Below are positions 24,493 through 38,059 of a DNA stretch of 64,000 bases, piece by piece. Within the stretch, counting starts at the first letter, position 1. Every line of letters starts with the position of its first letter. The translations under genes were made by a program, and so were the position numbers. The DNA is from Podarcis cretensis (lineage: Eukaryota), in assembly GCA_951804945.1 (NCBI GenBank), contig OX638156.1, forward strand, positions 51,894,001 to 51,958,000, given 5' to 3'. Under the pieces are notes generated by a model that saw only the letters and a program-made list of their open reading frames with translations, ran no database searches and was not told the origin of the DNA.

Positions 24493-25261
24493 TAATTATA
24501 TTGCATTCTTTCAGTTACCAAGACTATTTGGCTGCCCATCTGAGTGGGGAGGCATGGGGGAGCCATTTTGAGAGTTGGAGGGGGGATGTGGGAGGGAAAA
24601 GCAGCACACAAAATCAGAAGCAGCTTGCCAATTGGGGCAGAGCCACTACACTAGCTCCCTGGTGGGTGGGTCACTGTTGTTTATCAGCAGGGAGAGGGGC
24701 CAGGGAGGCCAGTGTAGTGCAGATGCACCAGCAGAGCCAGTCTGCTGCTTCTTTCAGTGTCTTTGCACCATGCCAGTATCCCCTTCCCTGAAAGCAACAG
24801 AGACCCACTGGCCGGGAGGCGAGCACCTGGTGAGCCATTTCAGCAGAAAATCCTCCATCCTCAGACCAAAGAAGCAGTCCAGAAATAGAAGTCTTTTATA
24901 GAACATGACCCCAGAGGTGTGTGACCCAGGGTCAGGAATGTGCCATAGTCCTGAGATCACCCTGAAGCCTCACAGAGGGATGTCACGCTGAGCAAAGACA
25001 GAACACTCTGGCAAGTAGCAGACATGTAGTGCAACCCTAGTTTGTGGTCAGTTGGAAGCAAATGCTACCCTGTTCAATGGAGCTTATTCCCTGGTAAGCA
25101 TCTCTGTGTGCACAAAGGTACATAAGGTTGGGCAGTAAATCTTGTGAAATCATCAGTACTGGGGTGGGGAACCTCATGCCCAGGGCCTGAATGCAGCTCT
25201 CCAGAATTGTCCTTCTGACCCTCAAAACTCTCCCCAGGCCTCACCCCTTGCTCCTCCCAGG

Positions 25262-25580
25262 CTGTATCAGGCCAGTGGACCATGGAATCCAGCATCCTGT
25301 TGCCGCAGTGGGCAACCACAAGTAAGCAAGGTTTGAGCACCAGAGCCCTCTCCCCTCGTGTGGTTTCCAGTAGAAGCATTGCAGCCTCCAACTGGGGAGG
25401 CAGAGCATAGCCATTGTGGCTAGTAGCCATCAATAGTCCTCTCCTCCATGAATTTGTCTAATCCATTCAATTGGTGGCCATCACTACCTCCTGTGGGATC
25501 AAACTTCATAGTTTAACATTGTGCTGCACAAAGAAGTACTTTCTCCTATCTGCCCCAAATCTGAATGTTTTTGCCGTTTT
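25262..25580 (-). mobile_element. CR1 LINE 3' fragment (others ~10560-10875 +, ~11400-11650 +, ~21325-21660 +, ~28790-29000 -, ~29560-29780 +)
   Basis: Shares FRxDxRKYFF and 3' UTR sequence with the other CR1 copies in the window. Confidence 0.7.
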
Positions 25581-26052
25581 GGAATGTGTCCTTGCACTCT
25601 GGAAATGCATCTTGCTTACCTGGCTGGAGGAGAGAGAGGGTTGTGTGTGAGTTTGTGTAGAAACAAGCCAAGTGTACAGAAGTAAAAATCTGCATTTGTT
25701 GCTTTGCCCACTTTTGCCACTGGCCCTCTGATCTAGAGCTCGAATGTCCAGCTGCGAAGGGGAGCGAATGCCCAGCCTGTTGCCCCTCCAGGTGAGATAT
25801 GAGGACCCAAGGAGGAGCCACTCATAGATGCAGTTGGCCGTTTGGCCTTTTGCAAAAGCCGCAAGCAGCAGCCACAGCTTGTCAGGAGGACTTGACCTTA
25901 GTGGGAAGATGCAGCAAAGAGGGCAGGAAGAGTCATGACAGTGTGTGAGCATTGCTGCTGACAACCGTCAGGACCTATTTTTCCTTGCAGTTGCTTTAAT
26001 TCAGCCTTTTAAATCATTTCTAGATTGACCTCTCCTATTCTTCCTCCCTGCC

Positions 26053-26054
<2 letters not shown>

Positions 26055-26118
<64 letters not shown>
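26055..26118 (+). repeat. Compound (CT)18(CA)14 microsatellite
   Basis: Read directly. Confidence 0.95.
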
Positions 26119-26121
<3 letters not shown>

Positions 26122-27083
26122 TGCTTTTCAAAAGGAGGAATGCAGAAGCTGACCCACACTGCAGCCTCCCGAACAGTGGCCCTTACACAACGCCTGGCGC
26201 TTACAGGCCTCCTGCCCTTTATTATCTAACGTCAGGCTTGGCGTGCCGGAATAGAGAGAGTCATCATTGTGCCGAAAATACTTCTTTGGCTTGCGCGGTG
26301 GCAGCGCAAGGAAAATATTTTCACAACCCCCTTTCTCCAGGCCCTCTGAAATATTCCATTTTCATTTTTTGAACCGATGGAAGAAAAATACACAAGGCTG
26401 CAAAGGGAGGGGACTTTGATTTGCCGGAGAAAGTAGCCACCCAGCCAAACAGAGGACGGGCTTGTCTGGCTGATGAATATCGGTTTTATTCGATCACCCT
26501 CTCTTGCGGACGGGGCCTGTTTTCAGAAACCCCAGGCATCTCCAGCATTTCCCTTCCTCGGGATCTTTGGGTCTGTAGCGTGCCATTGTTGGGAGATAGT
26601 GATTTTATGAAAGGCCGGGTCTGTGCTCGCCTGGTCTGCTGCTGGCAGCCGGGGCAGTTTATGAAGTGTGTGTTTACTTGTCACGAGAAATGTTTTCCTA
26701 GACAGATCTACGATTCACACTTTATTTCATTGATGGACAAGGCGAGTGGCTGGGAGAGAAGGGATCCTTACCCTGGGAGGGGAGGGGAGGAGGAAGGGCT
26801 GCTTAATTGCTGTCACATTTTCTGTTGGAGGAATGGTCTGTGTGTGCTTTTTTGTTGTTGCTGTTTGAGTTTTTGTAGGCTTGCGAACCGGCTGGAAGGC
26901 ACAGAGGTGACTTTTGTGCCATGCGCTCATTGGCTTTGTTTGGATGCCAAGCAAATTGCAGTCTCTAGCCGATTCCTGTCATGCTATGCCCAACGGGCAT
27001 TGGCCTGCATAGGTTTTCCATGGCCTAATAACCACTAATAAGACTGGGGGGGTGCTAACTTGGCTACCCATGGCCCCAACTTC

Positions 27084-27143
27084 GAAGAAGAAGAAGAAGA
27101 AGAAGAAGAAGAAGAAGAAGAAGAAGAAGAAGAAGAAGAAGAA
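27084..27143 (+). repeat. (GAA)20 microsatellite
   Basis: Perfect trinucleotide run. Confidence 0.98.
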
Positions 27144-29169
27144 GGTTGCTCGAGAGTAGGCTGGGCTGGTGCTTCTGTTTCAGAGGGATGTGTATGTGCC
27201 CTCCAGAGAAGCCCCCATTGCCCTTGGGCACCTACCCTTCCTGACTCATTTGGAAACTTGAAGCTGGCCACCTGATGTTTGCCCAGTTCCCTTTGCTTTC
27301 TGGCTTTCGGTAGTCTCTCTCCATCCCTAGGTTTTTGGATGCAGTTCCGTCATACTTCTGTCCTAAACCCCCTTACATTGTGGCACATCATCTGAAAATG
27401 ATCACATTTTGCTAGACCTTCTGCCCTTGATTCTGCTTTGCCTTCAGCTTGGGTCTGCTCACTGCTGGGAGCCAAAGCAGAGAACCAGCGAAACAGGGGC
27501 ACAAAAAGAGAGATTTAAATTTTTTTTAAGAACTTAACATTTGATTTTGATTTTTTAAAGCATCAAAGTAGTCATTATGGGGAAAATCAAAACTTTGTTA
27601 GCTTTCCTTACTCTCAACAACTGCTCCCCCTCATTTTTCCGTTCTCTTTTTGTTACTTATCCCCACCTAAATTGGGGAGGAGGGATTTCACTAACAAAGA
27701 TGGAAATAATATGAGGAAATCAGATCCTGTCTGCATTGCGCATTTTCAGCATACATGGAACTTTTGCATCATTTCAAAGAATATTTTTTAAAAAATTTAT
27801 TGTTTTTATTTTGAATGATATCCAGGGCAGGGGCACCATAATCTTTTCAGTGCTTAGGACCTCTAAAGGTCCGAATCTGGCCCTGGGTCTGCTTTTGCAC
27901 AAAATATGATCCTGCCCACTTTTCCCTGGCCCTGGACTTGTAAAAACTCTGGAGCTGGTTCCCCTAAACCCACCCATGGCCCCACATTTGCCAGCCCCAT
28001 TTTTGGCATGTATCCCCCTCCCCTGCACTTTGAAATCATCCCTGTTAACCTCCAGTGTCCTTTTCTGCGATGCTGCTGAAAGGCATCACTGCCTGGTGTT
28101 CAGAGTCAGAGTTTGGGGGTTCGAGCTGGATGGCACAGAGCCTGACACCCCATGCTTGTTTTGGACACTGGACTGAGATTCAGCTCAACGTAGGCAGGGC
28201 TGGTGATTTGAGGGATCACGTAGGAACCATCAAGTTTGCACAACGGACTTGGCAGGGGCTGCAGCATTCATGGCTAAGCAGGAGATATTGCCCAGCTGAG
28301 CCGGCCGTGCAGTATTAATTTTTGGCAGAAGGGGAAAGAGAATTCGACAAACTGCAGAGCTGGAATAGTGTGTGTGCGTGTGTGCATGTGTGAGAGAGTT
28401 GCATATAGTGTGCCCTCTTCTCACGCCAGATGATGGTCTGGATATTGTACATAAAAACAGCACAGGGGGGGGGGCTTATTTAAGGGGGAAAAGGGGGGAA
28501 ATGCTCTAAAAGGAAAGCATTGCTGGATCACGTCAGAGGACCTGGAAAACAGACTTCAGGTAGTTCTTAACTGTTAAAATGGAACAAGATCGAGATCTGG
28601 AGGGGGAATAGTCTCCAGACTGGGGAGTCTGCTGTAGCAAAGGCCTGATCACTCACTGACTGATAGCATAATAGCACACATACATACACTCCAAAGCCCA
28701 GGCTTTCTAAGAGAGGGGCAAGGAGACCAGAGCATGCCTTAGAGGTGGGTTTGCCCTGTGCCAGGCTAATACTATGTTCCTTCCTTCATAAGAGCTACCC
28801 TGTTGTATGGAGCTTCCTGTTTCCTTCCTTGGCCTACTAGAAGCCCCCAAAGACCCCACTGATGAAGGCAGCAGCCCTTTCCTGATGCTACCTGCTGGCA
28901 AATTGTATTCAGAGGTATACTGCTTCTGAACATGGAGGTTCTGTTTTGCCATCACAGCTTTCCTCCTCCATGCATTTGCCTGATCCCCTTCTAAAGCCAC
29001 CTCTAAGAATGGGACTCCGGTATGCCAGTGGTGAACTTTTCACCAGCAGTGGACTAAACCAGCGCACCATGCCAACAAGCTATTTATTCATTGGTCACAA
29101 TCTAATAGACACAACATAAAAGGAAAAAATGGAGTCCAGAGAGGAAGGACAGGAAATGAAGGATTGGAG

Positions 29170-29490
29170 CAGTGGTTCTCAAAGGGTGTGGTGCACCACA
29201 TTGTTGTGGCAAGAGAGGATAGCAAGTGTAGCATGAAGATTCAAGGACAATCAATATATTTTGAGAATGATTCATGTTCTTATGTACTTGCATTGTTCTA
29301 TACTTTCTGGATGCCTCATGATCATATTATAAAGTAGTTGTGTTCTATGTTATAAATCAAGCACTGCTAGGAGTTGTTTCTTTTTGTTTCCCAAGGTATT
29401 TCATATCAATAATAATAAAAAAATCAGTGTGGAGGAAGCAGTTTTTTATTCTGAAAGTGTGGCCCAGAGAAAAAAGTTTGAGAACCACTG
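29170..29490. mobile_element. hAT/Charlie-like MITE
   Basis: Perfect 14-bp TIRs CAGTGGTTCTCAAA / TTTGAGAACCACTG; 8-bp TSD GATTGGAG/GAATGGAG. Confidence 0.85.
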
Positions 29491-30058
29491 GAATGGAGAA
29501 ACTGCTGTTTCAGTGGCTGAAGGATGGTGTGTGAATTCCTCTCCATCCACACCCTATATAAACTGTGGAACTCACTTCCACAACAGACAGTGACACTCAC
29601 TTGCATGGCTTTAAAAGATTATTCATGGAGGATAAGGCTATCAATGACTACTAATGGTTGTGTTCTCCCTCCACTGTCAGAGGCAGTGTACTTCTGAATA
29701 TCAGTTGCTAGGGAAGAGTGTTGTTGTGCTTTTGAGAGTAGGATGTTGGACTAGATGGGTCTTTGGTGCTATCCATCAGGCCTCCTTTCCTCGTGCAAAA
29801 CCCTGTTGGAGGTATCCCCTGCCTAAAATGATCACGCAAAGTGAGAGAAGATAGCAAGGTGCAGGGAGAGGGTGGAATCCAGAGCATGACTTCATTTCCA
29901 GCTCCGTATTGGGCCATGGCCCGCCTGCAAAGAAAACAGTCTTGAATTGCTGGGGATTGTCTTTTTGAGAAGGAGCCAAGGAATCACTGCACAAACTCCT
30001 AGCATTTAGTCCTGCTGATGAGAAAGAAGAAAAGATAGCCAAACCAGTTTGTTTATAG

Positions 30059-30188
30059 CAGGGGTGTGGTTGGCCAGTGGCCCTCCAGATGTTGTTTGAC
30101 TCCAGTTTCCAGCATCCCTGACCACTGACTGCACTGATGGGAGCTGTAATCTAATAACATCTAGAGGACCACAGGCTTCCCACCCCTG
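30059..30188. mobile_element. Short hAT-type MITE (related copies ~14305-14450, ~15309-15425)
   Basis: CAGGGGTG...CACCCCTG ends, internal palindromy, 8-bp TSD GTTTATAG/GTTTAGAG. Confidence 0.75.
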
Positions 30189-33069
30189 GTTTAGAGCATC
30201 AGTACAAGTTGGAATGAAGAACAGTAAAGATGGACAGATCATTTTGTCCTGGTCCATGTCAGTTTTGCTTGTGCATGAGACCATCCCTCAGGGAAGGAGC
30301 TGAGCTCAGTGTGGTAGTGGAGCATCCACTGAAGGTCCCTGGTTCAATCTCCAGGTAGGGCTGGGAGAGATCCCTGCTTCAAATCCTGGATAGCCTCTAC
30401 CAGTCAGTGTAGACAATACTGGGCTAGATGCACCAATAATCTGATCCAGTATAACACAGTTTCCAACATTCTCACATTTCTGTTTCCATATCACTCTTTG
30501 ATTAGAAACCAAGTAAAAAAGTTGTCTAGTTTTTGATTGATTTTTGTCCTGCAGCTTACATTCTTTGTGTGCATTTGAATTTAAAATACCCATTTTTATT
30601 CATATACCCATTTTGCCATGTTTTAAAGGCAAGAACAGAGGAGTATGAAAACCAAAGGGTAACTCTTCTGATCTGTATTTTAGTCCAGGAATTGTAAATT
30701 AGGTCAGTTTGCTTAAGGTTTTGGACCGAACAAAAGCCTTGAATATAGACAAGAACTCCTGCCTCTTGACACCCACTAGGTGTATTCTGCTTCTCCTCCA
30801 AATTCCCCGCTCAGCTGATCCTCAGCAGAAATCTCTCAGAAATGTCTAGGCAGAATTTCTTCTCGCTTTGGTCTTCGGGCCACAGCATGCCAGAGACTAC
30901 CAGTGTGAGGCTCCCGCTGTCAGTCAGATGAAATGAAATGAGATCTAGCCAGCCCAAATGAAACGGCAACCCTGTGGGTTTGCTTTTCTGTTTTTCTCTC
31001 AGCTTGGGAATTCTCTCAGTCTGAATGAAGACCTTGGTTCCTCATGTGGAATTCAACAAAGTCCAGCTGGACCTATTGTGAAGGAGTGTGCATGGCTTGT
31101 GCTGGTGTCAGTGTGCCCCACCAGCTCTGACTTGATGGGAAGTAAACATGCGTGGGGTAGTTTGAGGCAGCCTCAGCAAAAATATTACGCATGCTCTGTC
31201 CTGCCCCCTATCTGCATATAGAGGGGGAAGCACGGCCAGAAGAGGAGGAGGAGGAGGATTAAGCTTCAAACAGCAGTAGGGAATGACCTAATAAGAAGAC
31301 CCTGCTGGATGGAGGATGGAGAGACAGAGACAGGAAACTAGGCAACTGTACAAAGGGAAAATGTACATCTGTTGGTTCACCTGCTCTGGCCTCTGTCCCT
31401 GACCACAACTCAAAAGTTAGCCGAGAAAGGAATGTGTCTCTCAGGCTGAGAAAGGACCCCCACCCCTAGGCTAAATATTGTTCATGTCTCTTTTCAGCAC
31501 TGACATATTGGAGTCCCAAAATAAAGCCCAGAAAGTATGGGTTTCACCAGCTCGTTTCACCAGGTGCATTGCTGTCATCTGCTCTGACAGCTGCTTGGTG
31601 GCAGGGGGTGGGGTAGATTCTGAAGACCTGCTCAAACATCTTCTGCAATCTAGTTTCTTCCAACCCCATGGGCAGAAGGGCTTCAGTCAGGTGCAGAGGC
31701 CATTCAGAGGGGCTTGATCTGCAGGGTCCCTGCCTCCACACTTCCCCATCACCTGGAGCGCAAATTCCTTTCCGCACACTCTGCTCTTTCATGGAGAGGG
31801 TGAAGTGGGGGCACTGGAGCCATAAATCCACCAGCGCCCAGGCAGGCTGGCCTCACATTCCTTTCAGAAACGGTTGTCATTAAGAGCTTTCCTTCCAGCT
31901 GTGACGTGCACGCTGGCCTCGTGTGGGGCTCTGCTTTCCTTCCTCGCAGAGTTCCTCCGCTCTTGGCGCTGTGCTTGCCTAAACGCAGGAGAAATTAGAA
32001 GAAGTAAGAGGATGCTAACTGGAGAAGCGGTTAGAAAGAGAAAATCTGAGGGCAAGCCTTTGGTGGTTGGGGAGTTATTATGCCTTCCGTCTGGAGACCT
32101 GATTTTTCTCTGTGCGTTACAGCAGCAAGCTGCCTTATATTGTTTCAGCCCATTGCCCCATTTAACTCAGTGCTGTTTGCACTGACTGACAGCTGCTGTC
32201 CAGGGCCGAGCTTGAATTGGGGGCCTTTTACAGGAAAAGCAGACTCTTATCACTATCCTCTAACCCAGGAAGCTGCTTTGCCCTGAGTCAGACCGGTGGC
32301 CCATACAGCTAAGTATTGTTGACACTGGCTGGCAGCAGATCTCCAGGGGTTCTTTTCCAGCCCTTCGTTCTGATGCCAGGGATTGAACCTGGAACCTTCT
32401 GCCTGAAAAGCAAGTGCTTTGCCGCTGAGCCACAGCCATTTCCACTGTGGGATGGGGGTTAAAATTACTTATTCCCACTGAAAGGATCATTGTGGGGCCA
32501 CCCCTACCATGACACAGAGTAAAGTGGTTGCGTCAGGTGGAAGGTGCAAAGTGGGTGGAGGTGGTGAGTTGCTGAAGGACAGAGAGAGTTGCTGGAGGAC
32601 AGAAAGATACTCTCCCACTCTCCCCTGTACCGAAGTCAGATTAAACGCCATTTGTATCATGGGAGGGAGCATCATCTTCCATTGCCTCAGGAAGCAAAAC
32701 GCCTTGGGCCAGCCGTGTGTGCGCAGCAGAGGCTGTGACTTACTGCTTGTGCATAGTGGCTAACTGCATGGATTGCAGCTTTTTCACGAAAAGAGTGTCT
32801 GTGCCATCACCAGCTGTTGCAGGGAACATCGTGTGATGGCGACGAGACCAGCAAGGACAGGCAGCATCTGCCCGGCAGCTGTTCCATGAATGACAGGCCT
32901 GCAAATCCCAGTTGTGTGGTTTTCTAAATCATATTTGCAAAGCACATTTCAGACCACTGAGGCAATGTGAGAGGGGAAGGTGAATGCATTTTCCCCTTTC
33001 CCCAAATGTTCCTACTTGTTTCTGAGACTATGCCTTGGTGGATGTCTTGAGATCACAGAGATCATTGCA

Positions 33070-33071
<2 letters not shown>

Positions 33072-33115
<44 letters not shown>
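33072..33115 (+). repeat. (CT)22 microsatellite
   Basis: Read directly. Confidence 0.95.
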
Positions 33116-33119
<4 letters not shown>

Positions 33120-33332
33120 GTAGAATGCATAGGAAAAATATAGAAAAATACTTTCCACAATTTCCCATAGTGGAAACTTCATTTCAAACTTTAGTTGAGG
33201 GGTTCTGATTAGATGATTTGCTAATTGAGTGATTAAAAAGCAGATTAGTGAACTAGGATTTCTTTTAACAAGGCTACTCGCATAAATTTTCGAAGTTTGC
33301 ACTAACCGCAGGAAATTCAATTCAGCTGGCTT

Positions 33333-33348
33333 TGGCGCCATCTGCTGG
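33333..33348 (-). promoter_or_regulatory. Strong CTCF-binding motif
   Basis: Minus strand CCAGCAGATGGCGCCA matches the CTCF core consensus, with a TGCAAT upstream module about 18 nt 5'. Confidence 0.7.
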
Positions 33349-35131
33349 AAATGTGTATCAATTGCAACCCTGTTCTTCCCGCCCGCCCTGCCCCCCTCTG
33401 CCCAAATTTTCTTGGTATTCTTTATTATTACCTTCTTATACCACTTTTTCCTTCAAGGAGCTTAAGGTGGTGAATGTGGCTTCCCCCCTTCTCATTTTAT
33501 CCTCACAACAACCCTATGAGGGAGATGAGAGCATGAAAGAGTGACTGGTTCTGCAGGAACTGCTTATTCAGTTTAAAATGTTTTTTTAAGTCAACTTTTC
33601 TTTTGTAGACTAAATTATAATCATTTTAATTGATTTCCGCCTCCCCTATTTTAAGCTGATAACATTTTGAGCTAAATTTCTGGGTCAGAATAATTAATGG
33701 GGTAATGAAACCACAATTGAAATGCTCGTTAATCGTGCTTTATAGAAACAAGTTCTCAAAGAGAGAAACAACGAAAGCTCACTTACAAAATTGGCAAAAA
33801 TTATAGGAGCATAATTAGGATGGGCGTAGCTTGGGATAGGCGTGGCTCAGTATCAGAGCATCTGCTTGGAATGCAGAAGGTCTCTGGTTCAATCCTTGGC
33901 ATCTACAGGTAGAATCACGGAATTATAGTTGGAAGGGCCCCTGAGGGTCATCTAGTCTAACCCCCTGCAATGCAAGAATGAAGGTAGTGCAGAGAAAGAC
34001 TCCCGTCTGAAATCCTGGGAGTCGTTGCCAGTCAGTGCTGGCAGTACTGACCTAGGTGGGAAGGGCTGTAGTATCATGGTAGCACATCTGCTTTGTGCTG
34101 CAGATCTAGTTGGACACAGGCTACAGATCCAAAGGACTGTTTCATCCTCACAGTGACCCTGTGAGATAGGGTTAGAATGCACTTTATGGTGGAGAAGAGA
34201 CCTTCAAAACAAAAAACCATTTGTCTTCCTGTATACATAAAAATGTAATGTTGTCATCATGCTGCTGTTTGTGTGGCTGCTGATTGGCAGCTGTGCCAAC
34301 TCCAGTGTGATGACAGAACCGCAGGCAGGTAGGTGGCAGGCCGGCCAGGCAAGCTCTTTAACAGATGCAGGAGAGACCCTTTAGAGAGTGGCTTGCCAAA
34401 CTGCACTCTGAAGCTCCTCCTCCTTTAAACGTGGCTATAGAATGGTTTAATTGGGGGAGGGGGTTTGCTTCACAGAGCAGTTTGACAGACCTGAAGCACC
34501 TACCACCCTCCTTTAAAGGGGGTTGGAGGTTGGGGTGAGCTGTGAGAGGATGAGGGGCTTGGGGTGAGCTGTGAAGGGCAGGATGGGACGAGGGGTGAGG
34601 CAAGTGGCCAGGTATAAAGGGAGGAGCGTTTGGCCAAGTGTGGGGAAAGGGGGCTTGGCAGGTAGATGGGGCTGGCCAGCAGAGCAGGCAGGGATGGCAT
34701 CCCCTAGTTAAATATGTAGTTCATAACACAAAACACACCTGAAGCAAAATAAAAGAAACCACTAGGGGGAAAATGAACCCATGTGTTTAGCCATTTCCAA
34801 CAATGATAACTGAAGAGAATATCGGTATAAAGTATTATTTTATGTCTTATGTGCCAAAGTGGCTTCTAATGGCATCTGAAAAATATAAAATACAGTGACA
34901 TAAGCTCAAATAATAGATCCCAGGTGTAGGGGCCATTTTATCCCCACAACAACCCTGTGAGGTAGGTTAACCTGAGAGGGATGGTGACTGCCTCAAAGAT
35001 ACAATGTGAATTTCTTGGCTGAGCAGGGACTTGAACCTCCTTGGTAAAAGAACCAGAGCATATCCTGAGCTGGTCCTAAGCACAGCCCCTCTGGTCCCCT
35101 CCCAGCACACTCCTTGCTATTTCCCATCCTT

Positions 35132-35147
35132 GAACGCCACCTGGAGG
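35132..35147 (-). promoter_or_regulatory. CTCF-like motif
   Basis: Minus strand CCTCCAGGTGGCGTTC. Confidence 0.45.
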
Positions 35148-35180
35148 TCCCCCCCAACCCCCACCAAAGTCCTGTCCCTT

Positions 35181-35437
35181 TTATCTCCCTTAAATGATCT
35201 CAAATATGTGATATGATAAAGACAAGCTCCCATTCAATTTAACTCACCCTAATGCCAGATTCTACTTTTACCAAAGTAATTAAGATAAATGCAGCTGATA
35301 ATTTAGGAAGCATTCTTAAATGTACCTTTCCTGGCAGCATCTGAGATATACTTTTACCTTAGAAGATTTATCAGCATACTTAGGTAACAGATAATTCCTT
35401 AGCGAATGGCAGCATTTAGAAGCAAAATGAGAGATAA
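35181..35437. promoter_or_regulatory. GATA-site cluster, candidate enhancer
   Basis: Seven WGATAA/TTATCW hexamers at 35181, 35214, 35283, 35296, 35368, 35389 and 35432. Confidence 0.5.
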
Positions 35438-38059
35438 ATATTTCTTAAATAAATGTCAAAATAACTCAGTCTTTATTACAGTCCCTCAAAGGAGTTGCAG
35501 TCAATCCTGCGCCTCTAGACAATTTCTGTACGATATCGAAACCTGCAGCGGTTGGGTGGTGTCATTCGTACCAAATGTAATTGTTTGCACACAGTTCTTT
35601 ATGGTTTGGGGTTCTGAAATAAATAAAGGAATTAATTTAATGCTGGCAGAAAATCTTCAAGCCGAGAGCCCTGAAAAATGATCTGTGTGCTACAAACCCT
35701 TTCGTAATTGCCCTGAGCCAAATGAATTGATCTAAAGTTCAAGACATACCTAACAAGAGAGATGTGTGTTTGTGATTAAAGAGCAGATGACTGTATCAAG
35801 GAGGCGAATTAAGCTGCTACTTAATTTATCGTTGAGTCCCACCGTATGTGACACTTATGTGCATATAGCTTCATTTGCTCACATCTATCCCACCTTCCTC
35901 CTCCCCACTGTCAAAAAAGTAGATGTGAAGTTCCTAAACATTAGAAAGAACTTTCTGACAGCAAAAGCTGTTTGGCAGCAGAGGAGACTTCCTTAAAAGG
36001 TGGAGGACACTCCTTAATTGGAGGTTTTTAGACAGAGCCTCTGCCAGGGATTCCAGCACTGCACAAGGTTGGACTAGATGACTGCTACAGACTGGTTGGA
36101 TGCAGAGGAATAGTTGGGGGAACAAGCTGGGGAACCCCCAAGGGAAGATGGCTCTGAGCCTAGGAATTGATGGTGGGACAACAATGAGTGGTCAGAGGGA
36201 GAAGAGAGAGCAGACTGGGAGGAGGAGGTCTTGGAAGCTGAAGTGGTAACAGGACTTAGTGAGTGGGGGGAGTCTGTGGCAGAGAGAAGTCCAAAATCAG
36301 AGGCAGAAGCTGAAGTAGGAGAGTAGGGGGAGATGAGTCAGTCTGGTGAAGAGGCACAGCTGCCTCTCCCTCCTGCTGTGAGAAGCTCCCTTCCCCCTGT
36401 CTACCAGAACCAGGAGAGGCTCAGTCTCAAAAGTCACCCATCCTCTGAAATTCCTTCTCTGAATTTTGTGATGCAGTTCTGCAAACCCTTCCTCCGAAAG
36501 AGTGAACCAAAATACATATAATATTAGGGGAAAGGATGTATAAAAGTGCATATAAGATACAAAAAATGCAAAAAGTGATTGGAAAAAATGTATACACTAG
36601 TTAAAATTGCATACAAAAATGTGTAAATTAGAATAAATGCACACTAAAAAAAACCTGACAGATTTTTGTAAAGACTGAATCTGAAATGGACAGCTTTGCC
36701 TGTGAAAGACATCCCTCTCTCTGAGCTGGGACAGCCATGGCTGCCCTGATTTCGCTCTAAAGGCTTTGGAAGTGGCTCTGGGAATCAATCAGTCTCCGGG
36801 TCTCCCTTGCCTGTGCTGAGGACAGATGCCCTGAAATGGCAGCCACTGTCAGATTCAAGGGAGAATGGGCAGCCAGCACTTCTGAACTGCCCTGTGGAGT
36901 GTGTGCTGAGAAGCCAGCTCAGCTGAATCACTCGGAGCCGGCAGCCGAGCACATCTGTACATTAGTCTCCCGGGAGCACCCATTCCCAGCACGTCCAACA
37001 GCACAGCCGGAGGAGAACGCGCCTTTCACATCCAGCTCTGGAAAGGTGCTTGAATGAGCTTGTGATCTGTGGCGGCCATGGCAGCCAAGCCAAACAAAAA
37101 TTCCTGACATATTTTTCACTTTGCTTGCAGCCAAGAAATTCATATTTCACTGGAAGTTAAGCCGAGACCCAGCAGTAGCTGAGTGAAGGAAGTTTTCCAA
37201 GGTATGGCCAGTTGACAAGTGGTGGCTGTGGGAGGGGGAGGGGCTGTTTGACTTTTTAAAGCAAATGTTCTGAATTTCTTTTTTAATCCCCCAGCAGACT
37301 GGAATAATCCCCTTGCGCCTCTCACCCATATATTTCTCCTTCTAGGGCCCATCAAAAAATAGAAAACCCCATTCAGGGCCTGTTAAAGGATAGACTGATT
37401 TAAAAACACATACACACCACCACCACCACCAACAACAACAATTGAGTGTATTTGTGGTGGAATAACCATTTAACTTTTTTTTTTTCCATAACCATAGCCA
37501 AACTTTTGACTTCAGAAGCTTCAGTTTAACCTGCCTGGATATAATTTAAATCTTGATGAGCCACTCAAATGGTCTTCTGTATGCTTGCCATGCACAAAAT
37601 ATAAGGGTTTGCTTCATTATTAACCCTCCCCCTCCCTTCCCCCCCCCTCGGGGAAATTGCTTAAAACTAATAAGTGGGTGGAGGAAGTCAAAGAGGCACT
37701 CAGAGGCAGCTTTGATTTCAGTGGCTACTTTTCTGCTGCGTGGGGTCTGTTTTTTCTCTGCTGAAAAGGCACTGAGCACCTTTTCACCTAGATGGCTGAA
37801 GCCTCCTCCCATCTCCCTCCTCAGCATGCTGGCTGCGGGCCCCTACTTGAATCTATGGGGAATGTTTTGGAATCATTCTAAAAGTGCCATTGTTTGAATC
37901 AATGGGGAATACTTTTGGGATAATCCATGGGTGTCAGGTTTATCCACCCAGCTACCAGGCTTCTTTTTCAGCTTCCAGAGTGGCAGGTGTCTTAAGTCTG
38001 GTGCAGTTGTCAGAGTGGGAAAAGATTCAGAAAAGGGCAACGTGAAATGATCACGGGGA

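Noticed and set aside
26421-27038. 205-aa ORF
   Set aside because: TTG start, Cys/Phe-rich random composition, no recognisable domain.
27060-27275. Poly-Glu / poly-Ser ORFs
   Set aside because: Translation of the (GAA)20 microsatellite; no splice or coding context.
34530-34574. 16-bp direct repeat TTGGGGTGAGCTGTGA x2, CRISPR- or minisatellite-like
   Set aside because: Only two units in G-rich low-complexity eukaryotic DNA.
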